Below, one piece after another: positions 38,654 through 48,114 of a stretch of 64,000 bases of DNA; position 1 is the first letter of the stretch; every line of letters begins with the position of its first letter. The notes beneath the pieces were generated by a model. The model did not search any database. It was not told the origin of the DNA and saw only the letters and a list, made by a program, of their open reading frames with translations. Both the position numbers and the translations under genes were made by a program. The DNA is from an uncultured delta proteobacterium. Its GTDB lineage: Bacteria > Myxococcota_A > Polyangia > Polyangiales > Polyangiaceae. The stretch spans positions 192,001-256,000 of the forward strand of contig CAVQUB010000013.1 in assembly GCA_963716725.1 (NCBI GenBank), given 5' to 3'.

Positions 38654-39598
38654 ATGCGGATCTCCCGACCGATCTCCAGCGCCTTGACGGCATTGACGCT
38701 GATGCTGTGTCAAACCGCCGACAGCTCCGCTGAACCGAAGAATGCGTGGGTGCTGGTCAAGCCGGGCGCCGAAACTCAGGTGCAGAAGTCCGTGCAGGAG
38801 CGCGGCGGCATCAACCCCTGCATGACCGAAGATCCAGGATTCGGCGCGTACGAGCCCTGGCGGCGCGGACTGCCGACAGGACAGCTCCTGGCACCTCGAA
38901 CCTGGCGGGCGAAGGGCGCTTTCGACGTGGTGTTCCACTTCCATGGGCACGAGGCGGCGCGCAAAGAGTGGGTGCGGGTCATGGACGGGCCGGTCCTCGT
39001 GGGAATCGACCTCGGAAATGGCTCGGGACCCTACGACCACTACTTCTCGTCGCCGGACGCTTTCCGCGAACTCGTCGCCGCGACCGAGCGCGTGGTCGCG
39101 GGTCGGATGGGGGTCGCGTCGGCTCGCGTCCGACGGATCGGGTTGAGCTCGTGGAGCGCCGGCTACGGCGCCATCAGCCGCATCCTGACGCAGAAGCACA
39201 ACATCGACAGCGTCGTCCTGCTCGACGGGCTGCACTCGGGCTACGACAGCGCGGGCGGCACGCTAAATCCGATGCAGCTCGGTCCCTTCTCCGCATTTGC
39301 CAAGGAGGCCGCCGCTCGGAAGCGGCTGATGTACGTCACTCACTCGTCGATCATCCCGCCCGGCTACGCCTCGACCACCGAGACCTCGAACTACCTCATT
39401 TCCGAGGTCGGAGGACGCCCGCGACCCAGCAAGCCACGCCGCGGCGATCGCTTCGGGCTCGACCTGATCTCGTGGTTCGTGAAGGGCGGGTTCCATGTCC
39501 GCGGATACGCGGGCAACGGCCCGGCCGATCACTGCGCCCAGTTCGGCGCGTACGGCGACGTACTGCGCATCCACCTCGCCAGACGCTGGCGGGCTTGA
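38654..39598 (+). CDS. Secreted hypothetical protein, alpha/beta-hydrolase-like
   Basis: Signal peptide; FHFHG, SWSAG nucleophile-elbow-like motif, LLDGLH. Confidence 0.7.
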   Translation: MRISRPISSALTALTLMLCQTADSSAEPKNAWVLVKPGAETQVQKSVQERGGINPCMTEDPGFGAYEPWRRGLPTGQLLAPRTWRAKGAFDVVFHFHGHEAARKEWVRVMDGPVLVGIDLGNGSGPYDHYFSSPDAFRELVAATERVVAGRMGVASARVRRIGLSSWSAGYGAISRILTQKHNIDSVVLLDGLHSGYDSAGGTLNPMQLGPFSAFAKEAAARKRLMYVTHSSIIPPGYASTTETSNYLISEVGGRPRPSKPRRGDRFGLDLISWFVKGGFHVRGYAGNGPADHCAQFGAYGDVLRIHLARRWRA

Positions 39599-39602
39599 TC
39601 GC

Positions 39603-39863
39603 TCACTTACCGAGCTTCGCGACCTCGCGCTCGAGCTCCAGCGCGGTCGACAAAACGCGCAGGTTCGCCACGGCCGCGTATTTATGCAGGCGCATGTCGA
39701 CGGTGGCGCCGATCTTGTCGGGCGCGCTCCCACTGCTGACGGTCACGCGGTCACCCAAGAGGTCAGTGGGCTCGGCGATGGTCTTCGCAGATTGCTCGAA
39801 CCGCGCCAGGCTCGAGCCCAGTCCCGCCAGCGCGGTATTCGTCAAAGCATTGATTCCGGCCAC
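39603..39863 (-). CDS. Small flagellar rod/hook terminal-domain-like protein
   Basis: N-terminal TALAGL...F..SAKTIA and C-terminal VDM......ANLRVLSTA resemble axial-protein termini. Lies downstream of fliW. Confidence 0.55.
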   Translation of the reverse strand: MAGINALTNTALAGLGSSLARFEQSAKTIAEPTDLLGDRVTVSSGSAPDKIGATVDMRLHKYAAVANLRVLSTALELEREVAKLGK

Positions 39864-39900
39864 GCCCCCCTGAACGGAGGGCTGCCCGGGGACTTGAGCG

Positions 39901-40406
39901 TCACTCTGCGCTCATCTGGCGAGCCGCCTCGTCCTCGGTCAGAGGTGGCGCGGGCTCCGTCTCCGACTCGCGCTCGCGCGGCTGAAAATAGAGTTCACGT
40001 GTCGAGAACCGGGTGCCGTCGAGCAGTACCTGCGCGCCCTTCTTCGCCGCGGTGTCGACCAAGATGGGGGCCATCAGGTTCACTGTGGCAAGCCCCGAAG
40101 GCGGCGCCGAGAGCACGGCCATCACAGCGATGTCGTCGGGCTCGTCGCTCAGCCCGTGCGCGGCGGCGATCTCTGGATGGGCACGTCAGGGTACGCGCCG
40201 CGGAAACCATGGGCCGACACCACGGGGAAAGCGAGGGCTGAAGTGGTGGTGGACTGAAGCCACGCGACGGCGTCCGAGCGCCCGTGGCCGACTAAGATGA
40301 AGCTCTGCTCCGTCGGAAATCCGATGATCCCCGAAGCGAACTCGATGGTGTCCGCTGCACTGGTTTCGATGGTGCCGAATCGATCGCTCCGAACGGTAAT
40401 GGTCAT
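39901..40406 (-). CDS. fliW: Flagellar assembly factor FliW; 1-bp deletion near 40173
   Basis: RFGTIE...IEFASGIIGFP...WLQS...LAFPVV, then TVNLMAPILVD...GAQVLL. Adding one G (CAG-GAG) joins the frames. AAGGAG SD. Confidence 0.88.
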
Positions 40407-40430
40407 TTCGCGTGCTCCTTCCGTACGCTT

Positions 40431-40446
40431 AGCAACGTCGATGCCA
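40431..40446 (-). promoter_or_regulatory. Sigma-54 promoter (TGGCATC-GACG-TTGCT) for fliW
   Basis: Near-consensus -24/-12 element upstream of the fliW SD. Confidence 0.75.
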
Positions 40447-40450
40447 GACC

Positions 40451-41185
40451 TCAGGGGGGGGCCGGGAGGCTCAGTACGAAAGTGGCGCCTTGGCCCGGGC
40501 CGCTCACGACCGAAAGGCCGCCTCCATGGGCGTCGGCCACCCGCTGGCAGAATGCGAGTCCAACGCCCGTGCCCTCGGAATCGTTGGCGACGTAAAGGTC
40601 GAATATTTTCGCCTGATCCTCCGAGCTGATCCCTGGCCCCTCGTCGGCCACACTGATGGCGATCCGGTCGGCGTGGCGGCTGTAGGACAGGACAATCGTC
40701 GCGCCTCGGGCCGATACCTTGAGCGCGTTGTCCAAGAGATTGTCCAACACTCGCTGGACGAGCCCCTGGTCGACGTCGCACCAAACAGGGTCATCGCCTT
40801 CGACGACCAGTCTGACACCCGAGACGTCAGCGAGATGGCGGAGTCGGTTCTGCGCTGCCCGAGCCAGCGTACCGATCTCGACCCTGCCCAGCTCCGCGGC
40901 CAGATTGCTCGACCCCGAGCGAGCCGACGCCAGCGCCTCCAGCAAAATACGCGAGAGTTGCCCGACCATTTGGCCCATTTCTGCGACCGCCGCGCCGACC
41001 TCGGTGTGGGTGCGCGTCGCATGCGCGACCTGGAGCCAATCGAGCCCGGCCTGGAGCGCACACGCCATGTTCTTGGCGTCGTGGAGCGCGAAGGCCATCT
41101 GCGTGACGAGCTCTTCCCGCTCGTCCACACGGAACACACCGCTGGCGGATTCGCCGTGGTTTATGCTGAACGCCGAGGAGGTCAC
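40451..41185 (-). CDS. Cytoplasmic sensor-less histidine kinase
   Basis: HDAKN H-box, NLLDNALK, DEGPGI, GTGVGLAFC; no TM segment or sensor domain. Confidence 0.85.
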   Translation of the reverse strand: MTSSAFSINHGESASGVFRVDEREELVTQMAFALHDAKNMACALQAGLDWLQVAHATRTHTEVGAAVAEMGQMVGQLSRILLEALASARSGSSNLAAELGRVEIGTLARAAQNRLRHLADVSGVRLVVEGDDPVWCDVDQGLVQRVLDNLLDNALKVSARGATIVLSYSRHADRIAISVADEGPGISSEDQAKIFDLYVANDSEGTGVGLAFCQRVADAHGGGLSVVSGPGQGATFVLSLPAPP

Positions 41186-41230
41186 TTCGAGCCCGTCCGC
41201 ACTGAACGGCCCGGTCAGCGGGTCCTTTAA

Positions 41231-41953
41231 TCAGCCAGCGCCGCGGCGCCCGAGCCCCAGCTGCCCTCGCACCAAGTGGATGGCTTCGCTGTGGAGCTGG
41301 CAGACGCGGGACTCGGTGACGCCGAGCACCTCTCCGATTTCGCGCAGCGTGCAGCTCTCCTGATAGTACAGCCCAAGCACCATCCGGAGGCGCTCGGGAA
41401 GCCCCTCGATGGCCTGCGCTACGAACTCTGCGAGTTCCTGGTGAGCCGCCTGAGCCTCCGGGGACGGGTCGAGCGAGCGCTCGTCTCCGGACAGCTCCAG
41501 TCGCGCGTGACCCGAGCGAGAAATGTCCGCCAGAAGCCCGTGATAGGCCTCGACCTCGAGCCCGAGCTCGGCGGCCATCTCCTCCTCATTGGGATATCGG
41601 CCGAGCCGTCCCACGAGCTCGCGGGCGGCGTCGCTGATGCGACGCGACGCTTGGCGCAGCTTGCGTGACAGGGGATCCAGGTCACGCAGGAAGTCCAGTA
41701 TCGCCCCTCGCACTCGATGGGAAGCGTAGGCTTCGAACTCGTGTTCCGGCATCCCGTCACGACGACGCCGGAGTGCCTCCACCAAGCCGAGCCAGCCCGC
41801 GGAGACGATGTCGTCGATGGCGACGTGCGCGGGCAGGTTTCGCACGGTGCGCATCGCGATCCGCCTGACCAGAGGCGAGTAGCGACGAACGGTTTCGTCC
41901 CCATGCGCATCCGGCGTGGATCTGGTTTCGGGCTCGGCGACGCTCACGATCAT
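41231..41953 (-). CDS. fliA: Flagellar sigma factor FliA/WhiG (sigma-28)
   Basis: DDIVSAGWLGLVEA, FEAYASHRVRGAILDFLR, LREIGEVLGVTESRVCQLH. ATG 41953 overlaps the flhF stop. Confidence 0.93.
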   Translation of the reverse strand: MIVSVAEPETRSTPDAHGDETVRRYSPLVRRIAMRTVRNLPAHVAIDDIVSAGWLGLVEALRRRRDGMPEHEFEAYASHRVRGAILDFLRDLDPLSRKLRQASRRISDAARELVGRLGRYPNEEEMAAELGLEVEAYHGLLADISRSGHARLELSGDERSLDPSPEAQAAHQELAEFVAQAIEGLPERLRMVLGLYYQESCTLREIGEVLGVTESRVCQLHSEAIHLVRGQLGLGRRGAG

Positions 41954-43134
41954 CCCAAGTTGCTGCCGTTCACGAGCGCTTCGATGCTCGCGGGGTGGAG
42001 GTCTTCCGGCACGCGAGGGCCGTCGCAGAAGTAGGTGAGCGGCAAGGCGTTGGGGATGGCCGCGTGCAGCACGCCACCCGCCTGGCAGGTCTCGTCGAGC
42101 TTGGTGATCACGAGACCGCTCGGCCGAGCGTCGCGGTAGAGCGTGCACATGCGCTCGGAGTCTCGGCCCCGCAGCCACGCGGGCACCACCAGGAGCGTGT
42201 GCAGGTTGCGCCCCTCCAGGGCGTCCAGGCAGCTCGCGACCGGCCAGTCTTCTGGCGGCGAACTCGCCGTCTTGCCGGTAGTGTCGATCAAGACGATGTC
42301 GGTGCTGCGCTCGGAGATCCGTTGCAGCAGCTCTTCTGCGCCGGTGACAGCGTGAAACTGCACTCCCATCAGCGACGCATAGCGTTGCCACTGCTCCACG
42401 GCGCCCACGCGGTACGAATCGAGGGAGAACACGCTGACAGAACGACCGAAATCCAGGCGTGCGCGCGCCGCGAGCTTCGCCAGCGTGGTGGTCTTGCCTA
42501 CACCGGTGTTGCCCACGGCCACGATGACTTGCTGCCCGGGACTCTGCAGCGGGTCCGGCCCGAGCGTGACGCTCTCCGCGATACGCTGCACCAACCACGC
42601 GTTCAGAGCCTCGGTACCGCGCCGCGCGACGCGACCGGCGCCGGTCGCCAGTCGACGCGCCAGAGCGCCTTCGATCCCGAAGGCCACCAGCAGCGAGAGA
42701 ACGCGTTCACGCGGAGGACGGCTCTCGTGCAGGTCGTCGAGCATGGCACGGAGCGCAACCAGCTCGCGCTCGAGCTCGGCCGGGTCCAATCCCAGGGTGC
42801 GGGTGCGGCTGCCCTTCCCGGGGGGCGCGGCTCCGTACCCCTCCGGGTACTTTCCAGGATCGTCCCGACGCCCGCTGGGATCCGCCGACGGCGTGCGCGG
42901 GCCCGAGTGGCGAGGGGGCGACACCACGGTCGGCCTCTGGTTGGCGTCGAAGCTCCAGCTATGCCTGCCCGCAGGCGCGGTCGCCATGACTTCGACCCAG
43001 GAGTGGCCGAGCGCCCCGCTGCGCCCATTGGTGACGTGTCGGGTCGATTGGATGAGTGCGTCGGGTCCGAGCGAGGCTCGCACTCGAGACAGCGCTTCTC
43101 TTACGTCGGCGCCACGAAAGCTCTGGTACTGCAC
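41950..43134 (-). CDS. flhF: SRP-family GTPase FlhF
   Basis: N-terminal F.G....EAL..V...LG.DALI; GNTGVGKTTTLAKLAA, DSYRVGA, DTTG, TKLDET, GPRVPEDL. Confidence 0.93.
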   Translation of the reverse strand: MQYQSFRGADVREALSRVRASLGPDALIQSTRHVTNGRSGALGHSWVEVMATAPAGRHSWSFDANQRPTVVSPPRHSGPRTPSADPSGRRDDPGKYPEGYGAAPPGKGSRTRTLGLDPAELERELVALRAMLDDLHESRPPRERVLSLLVAFGIEGALARRLATGAGRVARRGTEALNAWLVQRIAESVTLGPDPLQSPGQQVIVAVGNTGVGKTTTLAKLAARARLDFGRSVSVFSLDSYRVGAVEQWQRYASLMGVQFHAVTGAEELLQRISERSTDIVLIDTTGKTASSPPEDWPVASCLDALEGRNLHTLLVVPAWLRGRDSERMCTLYRDARPSGLVITKLDETCQAGGVLHAAIPNALPLTYFCDGPRVPEDLHPASIEALVNGSNLG

Positions 43135-43158
43135 CTCAGGCCTCCATCATGCTGCGGT

Positions 43159-45267
43159 TCATAGGTTGACGATCTCGAAAGGTTTCAGCGTCGCGTCCGC
43201 CTCGACCTCGCGGAACGAGAGGACCGACAGGGTGGGGCAACGGCGCTCTGCGAATGCCCTCAGGTAGCGCCTGACGTCAGGGCTCGTGACCACGCAGGCG
43301 GGCTTGCCGGCGGCGAGCATGCGCTGGGTCGCTTCCTCGAGCGCGATCCCGAGCTGCCGCGCCTGTTCTGGGTCGAGCGCGCCGCCGGTCCCCGCGGCGA
43401 TCTCTCGGAGCGAGCGCCGGAAGATGTCTTCGACCTTGCTGTCGAGCACCAGCGTATGAAGCGTCCGCTCGGCGTCGATGAAAGCCGCGGTGATCTGGCG
43501 CGAGAGGCGCTGCCGGGTCAGCTCGGTGAGCTGCTCGGTGTCTCGAGTCCCCGGCGCCAGGTCGTGCAGAGCCTCGAGCACGCTGCGGAGGTCCCGAATC
43601 GAGATCCCCTCCTTCAGCAGATTTCGCATGATCTTCTGCACCTCCCCGAACGTGAGCAAATTCGGGACCAGGTCTTCGACCAGCTTCGGCGTGGTCTTCG
43701 AGAAGACTTCGAACAGGTGCGTGAGCTCGGCACGGCCGAGAATGTCGTGGGCGTGTCGGCGGGCTGTCTCTGCGAAGTGGGTTGCGATGACGGTGGTTGG
43801 GTCGACGACGGTCCAGCCCAACGCCTCGGCAAGCTCGCGGTCTCGCGCGGCGACCCAGCGGGCGGGTGTTCCGAACGCCGGGTCGGTGGTGGGCTCACCT
43901 TCCACCTCGCCTGCCGTTCCGCTCGGATCGATCGCGAGCAACCGGCCGGTCCGAATCGTGCCGGTGGCTACGCCGGTCCCGAGCAGCATGATGCGGTATC
44001 CACCCGGAGGCAACTCGAGGTTGTCGCGAATGTGAACGGGGGGAATGACAATCCCGAGTTCGAGGGCTTGCTGCTTGCGCAGCGCCGAGATCCGTTCGAC
44101 CAAGGTGCCGCCCATCTTGGGATCCACGGTGGGCACCAGCTCGTAGCCCACCTCGAGGGCGAGGACGTCCAAGGGCAGGGCCGCGTCGATGTCGTCGCCC
44201 GGAGACGGCCTGGGCCCCGAAGCACCGCCCTCGCCAGTGTGACCCGGTTCGACCTTGGGGGCGGCCTTCGCCTTGTCTCGGCGCCGCATGCTCCAGTAGA
44301 GCCCGCCGGCAAGGAGCAGAAAGGGGAGCGCGGGCATGCCCGGCAAAAGGGCAAATACCGCCAGGATCCCAGCGGTCGCGCCGACGGCACGCCGGCTACC
44401 AAAGAGCTGCGCCTGAACGATACGCCCCAGTTGATCGCCGGTCGGCGAGCGCGTCACGACGACGCCCGCCGCGGTGGAGATGAGCAACGCTGGAACTTGA
44501 GAGACGAGGGCGTCGCCCACGCTGAGGATGCTGAAGGTCTCGGCGGCGTCTCCGACGGACATCCCGCCCGCCACGCCCAGCATCAGCCCGCCGATGAGGT
44601 TGACCGCGGTGATGAGGATGGCCGCGATGGCGTCGCCCTTCACGAACTTGCTTGCACCGTCCATCGCGCCGAAGAAGTCGGCTTCGCGCTCGATGTCTCT
44701 GCGCCGATCGCGAGCGACTTCCGGAGAGATGATGCCCGCGTTCATGTCGGCATCGACCGCCATCTGCTTGCCCGGCATGCCGTCGAGCGCGAATCGGGCG
44801 GCCACCTCGGCAACTCGCCCGGCGCCCTTCGTGATCACGATGAAATTGATGATCACCAGGATCACGAAGACGATCAGGCCCACGACGACGTTCCCGCCCA
44901 CGACCACGCGCCCGAAGGCCTCGACGACCTGGCCGGCGGCGCCATGGCCGTCCTTGCCGTTGAGCAGGATCAGCCGCGTCGTCGCGACGTTCAGGCTGAG
45001 GCGCAGCAAGGTGGCCACCAGCACGACCGCGGGAAAGGAGCTGAACTGGAGCGGGTGCTCCATGAACAGCCCGATCAGGAAGACGCCGATGGAAATGGCC
45101 AGGCTGATCGCCAGAAGCAAGTCCACCACCATGGGCGGCACCGGGACCACGAGCATCATGACGATGCCGACGATGGCGAGGGGCAGGACCAACTCGCTGG
45201 CCCCTCCCTGGCGGGGCTCTGTGGTCGTGGCAGCGGCGCTCACGCCAACTTGCTTTGCGAGGGCCAT
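43159..45267 (-). CDS. flhA: Flagellar export gate protein FlhA
   Basis: RLSLNVATTR, ITKGAGRVAEVAARFALDGMPGKQMAVDAD, FFGAMDGASKFVKGDA. Confidence 0.97.
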   Translation of the reverse strand: MALAKQVGVSAAATTTEPRQGGASELVLPLAIVGIVMMLVVPVPPMVVDLLLAISLAISIGVFLIGLFMEHPLQFSSFPAVVLVATLLRLSLNVATTRLILLNGKDGHGAAGQVVEAFGRVVVGGNVVVGLIVFVILVIINFIVITKGAGRVAEVAARFALDGMPGKQMAVDADMNAGIISPEVARDRRRDIEREADFFGAMDGASKFVKGDAIAAILITAVNLIGGLMLGVAGGMSVGDAAETFSILSVGDALVSQVPALLISTAAGVVVTRSPTGDQLGRIVQAQLFGSRRAVGATAGILAVFALLPGMPALPFLLLAGGLYWSMRRRDKAKAAPKVEPGHTGEGGASGPRPSPGDDIDAALPLDVLALEVGYELVPTVDPKMGGTLVERISALRKQQALELGIVIPPVHIRDNLELPPGGYRIMLLGTGVATGTIRTGRLLAIDPSGTAGEVEGEPTTDPAFGTPARWVAARDRELAEALGWTVVDPTTVIATHFAETARRHAHDILGRAELTHLFEVFSKTTPKLVEDLVPNLLTFGEVQKIMRNLLKEGISIRDLRSVLEALHDLAPGTRDTEQLTELTRQRLSRQITAAFIDAERTLHTLVLDSKVEDIFRRSLREIAAGTGGALDPEQARQLGIALEEATQRMLAAGKPACVVTSPDVRRYLRAFAERRCPTLSVLSFREVEADATLKPFEIVNL

Positions 45268-45348
45268 GCCAAGTACCGGGCCTTCTGTTCAGCAAGGGCG
45301 AGCACGACCCGGCAGTCCGGCAGCCGCACGCTGCCCTGCCGAGGGTCG

Positions 45349-46410
45349 TCAGGCACGAATACCCCGGTTGCGCAGCCGGTAGACGAAGGCGAGCACCTCG
45401 GCGATGGCCGCGTACAGCTCCACGGGGACGGCTCGCCCAGCTTTGACGCGCTCGGCCAAGGTGCGCGCGAGTGGCTTGTTCTCCACGATGGGGATTCCGT
45501 GTTCTTTCGCGAGCGAACGGATGAACATCGCGACCTCGTCGTAGCCCTTGGCAGCGACCACCGGTGCCCCTTCTTCGGGTCGGTACCGGATCGCAACCGC
45601 GACGTGTGTCGGATTCGTGACGATCACGTCAGCGGATTTGACTTCCTTTCGAATACCGCGCCTGAGCATCTCTCGGGCTCGAGCCCGCTGGCGGGCCCTG
45701 ACTCGCGGGTCTCCCTCCTGGCCCTTGACCTCCTCCTTGATTTCCTCCCGAGACATGCGGAGGTCTCGCTCGTGTTTCCACCACGAATGGGCGTAGTCCA
45801 GCGCCGTCATCGTGGCCAAGGCCACCGTCGCCCACAGCGCCAATCGGGACACGACGTCTCCGAGCGCGCTCACGGAGCCGACGAGCGGAGTGCGGGTGAG
45901 CTTGACCAGCATCGGCAGCGCGCTCTCGATGACGAAGTACGCCACCACCACCACGACGGCGACCCTGCCGAGCGCGAGCGCGGTGTTCACTGCCGCGGTT
46001 TTCGGCGAAATCAGCTGTTGGAGCTTGGACAGTGGCTCGAGGCGGTCCCACTTGAACTCGAGTTTGGGGTTCCAGCCTGCTTCCACGAAGCCCGCGACCG
46101 TCGCGGCCACCAGCGCGACGAGCATGGCGGGCAGGGTGACCCACATGAGGGTGCGTGCGGCAAACGCGCCGGCCCAAGCGGTTCCACCCTGGTGCAGATT
46201 GTGCGCCTGGCTGAGGCAATGCGTCGTGAGATCGCGGAGCCTCATCGCGATCTCGACCCCGGTGCTCGCCAGGAGAGCCAGAACGGCGGTCGATGCGGCC
46301 ATCGCGCCCAGGTCGCGGGCGCGGGGAAACTGCCCGTCCTCGCGCGCTCGTCGTCGTCGCTCTGGTGTCGCTTCCTCCGACTTCTCGTTGTCATCGTCGC
46401 GCTCGCTCAT
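45349..46410 (-). CDS. flhB: Flagellar export protein FlhB
   Basis: EKSEEATPERRRRAREDGQ, EGDP, NPTH autocleavage motif. ATG 46410. Confidence 0.96.
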   Translation of the reverse strand: MSERDDDNEKSEEATPERRRRAREDGQFPRARDLGAMAASTAVLALLASTGVEIAMRLRDLTTHCLSQAHNLHQGGTAWAGAFAARTLMWVTLPAMLVALVAATVAGFVEAGWNPKLEFKWDRLEPLSKLQQLISPKTAAVNTALALGRVAVVVVVAYFVIESALPMLVKLTRTPLVGSVSALGDVVSRLALWATVALATMTALDYAHSWWKHERDLRMSREEIKEEVKGQEGDPRVRARQRARAREMLRRGIRKEVKSADVIVTNPTHVAVAIRYRPEEGAPVVAAKGYDEVAMFIRSLAKEHGIPIVENKPLARTLAERVKAGRAVPVELYAAIAEVLAFVYRLRNRGIRA

Positions 46411-47186
46411 GGCGGCCTCGGCGACAACGCCCCGACGACGGACTCGAGCCCCTCTCCCACGTGACTGAGCTCGGCAATCATGCGCATCGTGAGATCGGGC
46501 GAGACGATGATCAGGACCACCCAACCCACTCCGAGCGTCACCGCAAATCCGAGTGAGAAGATCTGGAGCGCGGGTGCGGCTCGCGAGATGAAAGCCAGGG
46601 CGATCTGCACCATGAACAGGATCGAAACGACGGGGATCGCGATGCGCACACCAGCGGACAGCGCCTCCGCGCTGAGACGCACCATGACCGGCGTGGCCAC
46701 GGCAATGCTCTCGCTGGCGCCCACGGGCAATACCCGGAAGCTCTCGATCAACGCCCCCAGCACCACCCGGTGCACGCCCACCAGCAGCGCCAAGAAGATG
46801 GCAAAATGCCTAAACAAAGAGGTGAGCACGGTTCCGCTGCCGGCGTGAGGGTCGAAGAGGTGGGCCGCGCCGAGTCCCATCATCGGAGCGATGGCTTCAG
46901 CCGCAATCTCTGCGATCGACACCGCCACCCGCACCACGAAGCCCATGGCCAAACCCACGCCGAGCTCCCACGCGATGCCGAGCGCGACAGGCAGCGGCTC
47001 GGCCCTCACGCTGCCCGCTCCGACACCATGCGCGACCACGGTCAATGCCAGCACCAGGCCCACCCGCACGCGGGCTGGCGCGGACTGCCACGACAGCGGC
47101 GCCACCACGATGAGTCCCGCAATGCGCGAGAGCTCCAGCAAATACGAGATGACTTCGGCTCTGAACAGCGCTTCGAGCGCGTTCAC
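46407..47186 (-). CDS. fliR: Flagellar export protein FliR
   Basis: Hydrophobic; RIAGL...P, ISRAAPALQIFSLGF; GTGA overlap with fliQ. Confidence 0.92.
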   Translation of the reverse strand: MNALEALFRAEVISYLLELSRIAGLIVVAPLSWQSAPARVRVGLVLALTVVAHGVGAGSVRAEPLPVALGIAWELGVGLAMGFVVRVAVSIAEIAAEAIAPMMGLGAAHLFDPHAGSGTVLTSLFRHFAIFLALLVGVHRVVLGALIESFRVLPVGASESIAVATPVMVRLSAEALSAGVRIAIPVVSILFMVQIALAFISRAAPALQIFSLGFAVTLGVGWVVLIIVSPDLTMRMIAELSHVGEGLESVVGALSPRPP

Positions 47187-47452
47187 CGCGTGACTTCCGT
47201 GATGGACGAAATCGTGCGCGTCGAATAGTCCACGAGCTGCCGCAGCGTCCAAGTCCCGAGCACCAAGAAGGTCGCCACGATGGCGATCAGCTTGGTCACG
47301 AAGCTGATGCTGGCTTCGTTCACTTGCGTCGCGGCCTGAAGCACGCCCACCACGAGGCCAACTACCAGGGTCACGGCCAGCACGGGGCCGACCACCAAGA
47401 ACGCAATAATGAGGGCATTCCTGAGCAGCTCGACGGCTCCGTCGGTGGTCAC
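47183..47452 (-). CDS. fliQ: Flagellar export protein FliQ
   Basis: VGLVVGVLQAATQVNEASISFVTK. Confidence 0.95.
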   Translation of the reverse strand: MTTDGAVELLRNALIIAFLVVGPVLAVTLVVGLVVGVLQAATQVNEASISFVTKLIAIVATFLVLGTWTLRQLVDYSTRTISSITEVTR

Positions 47453-48114
47453 AAGAAGCTCCTCATCAGCGAGCCCGCGACCAGACTCCAGCCGTCGACC
47501 AGCACGAAGAGCAAGAGCTTGATGGGCAGACTGAGCGTAGTTGGCGGCACCATCATCATGCCCATGCTCATCAGCAAGGACGCAACCGCGAGGTCCACCA
47601 CCAAGAAGGGCAGCAGGATGATCACGCCCATCTGGAAAGCAGTCGTCAGCTCGGAGACCACGAACGCGGGCGCGGCCAGGCGCATGGGCACGTCTTCCGG
47701 CGACGCCGGCAGTGGCGTCTTGGTCACCGAGTAGAACATGCGCAGGTCCGCTTCACGGGTCTCGCGCAACATGAACTTCTTCAGGGGGACCGACGCGAGC
47801 TCCAGCGCTTGCATGTCAGTCACCTCACCGCGCATGTAGGGATCGTAGGCTGCCGCCTTCATGCTCTCGACCACCGGCGACATGGTGAAGAGCGTCAGAA
47901 AGAGCGCGAGCCCGATCACAACCTGGCTGGGAGGCACTTGAGTACCCACGCCTTGACGTACGAACGAGAGGACCACGACGGTCCTGACGAAGCTCGTCAT
48001 GGTCAGAATGACAGCCGGCAACAACGCCAGGACGGTGAGGACGAAGAGAACCTTCAGCGATGGCGTCAGGGCGCCGTTGCCAAAGGCGGGATCGAGGATG
48101 CCCGAGGGGTTCAA
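47449..48114 (-). CDS. fliP: Flagellar export protein FliP
   Basis: MTSFVR, PAFVVSELTTAF, MGMMMVPP, KLLLFVLVDGW. Confidence 0.96.
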   Translation of the reverse strand: MNPSGILDPAFGNGALTPSLKVLFVLTVLALLPAVILTMTSFVRTVVVLSFVRQGVGTQVPPSQVVIGLALFLTLFTMSPVVESMKAAAYDPYMRGEVTDMQALELASVPLKKFMLRETREADLRMFYSVTKTPLPASPEDVPMRLAAPAFVVSELTTAFQMGVIILLPFLVVDLAVASLLMSMGMMMVPPTTLSLPIKLLLFVLVDGWSLVAGSLMRSFL

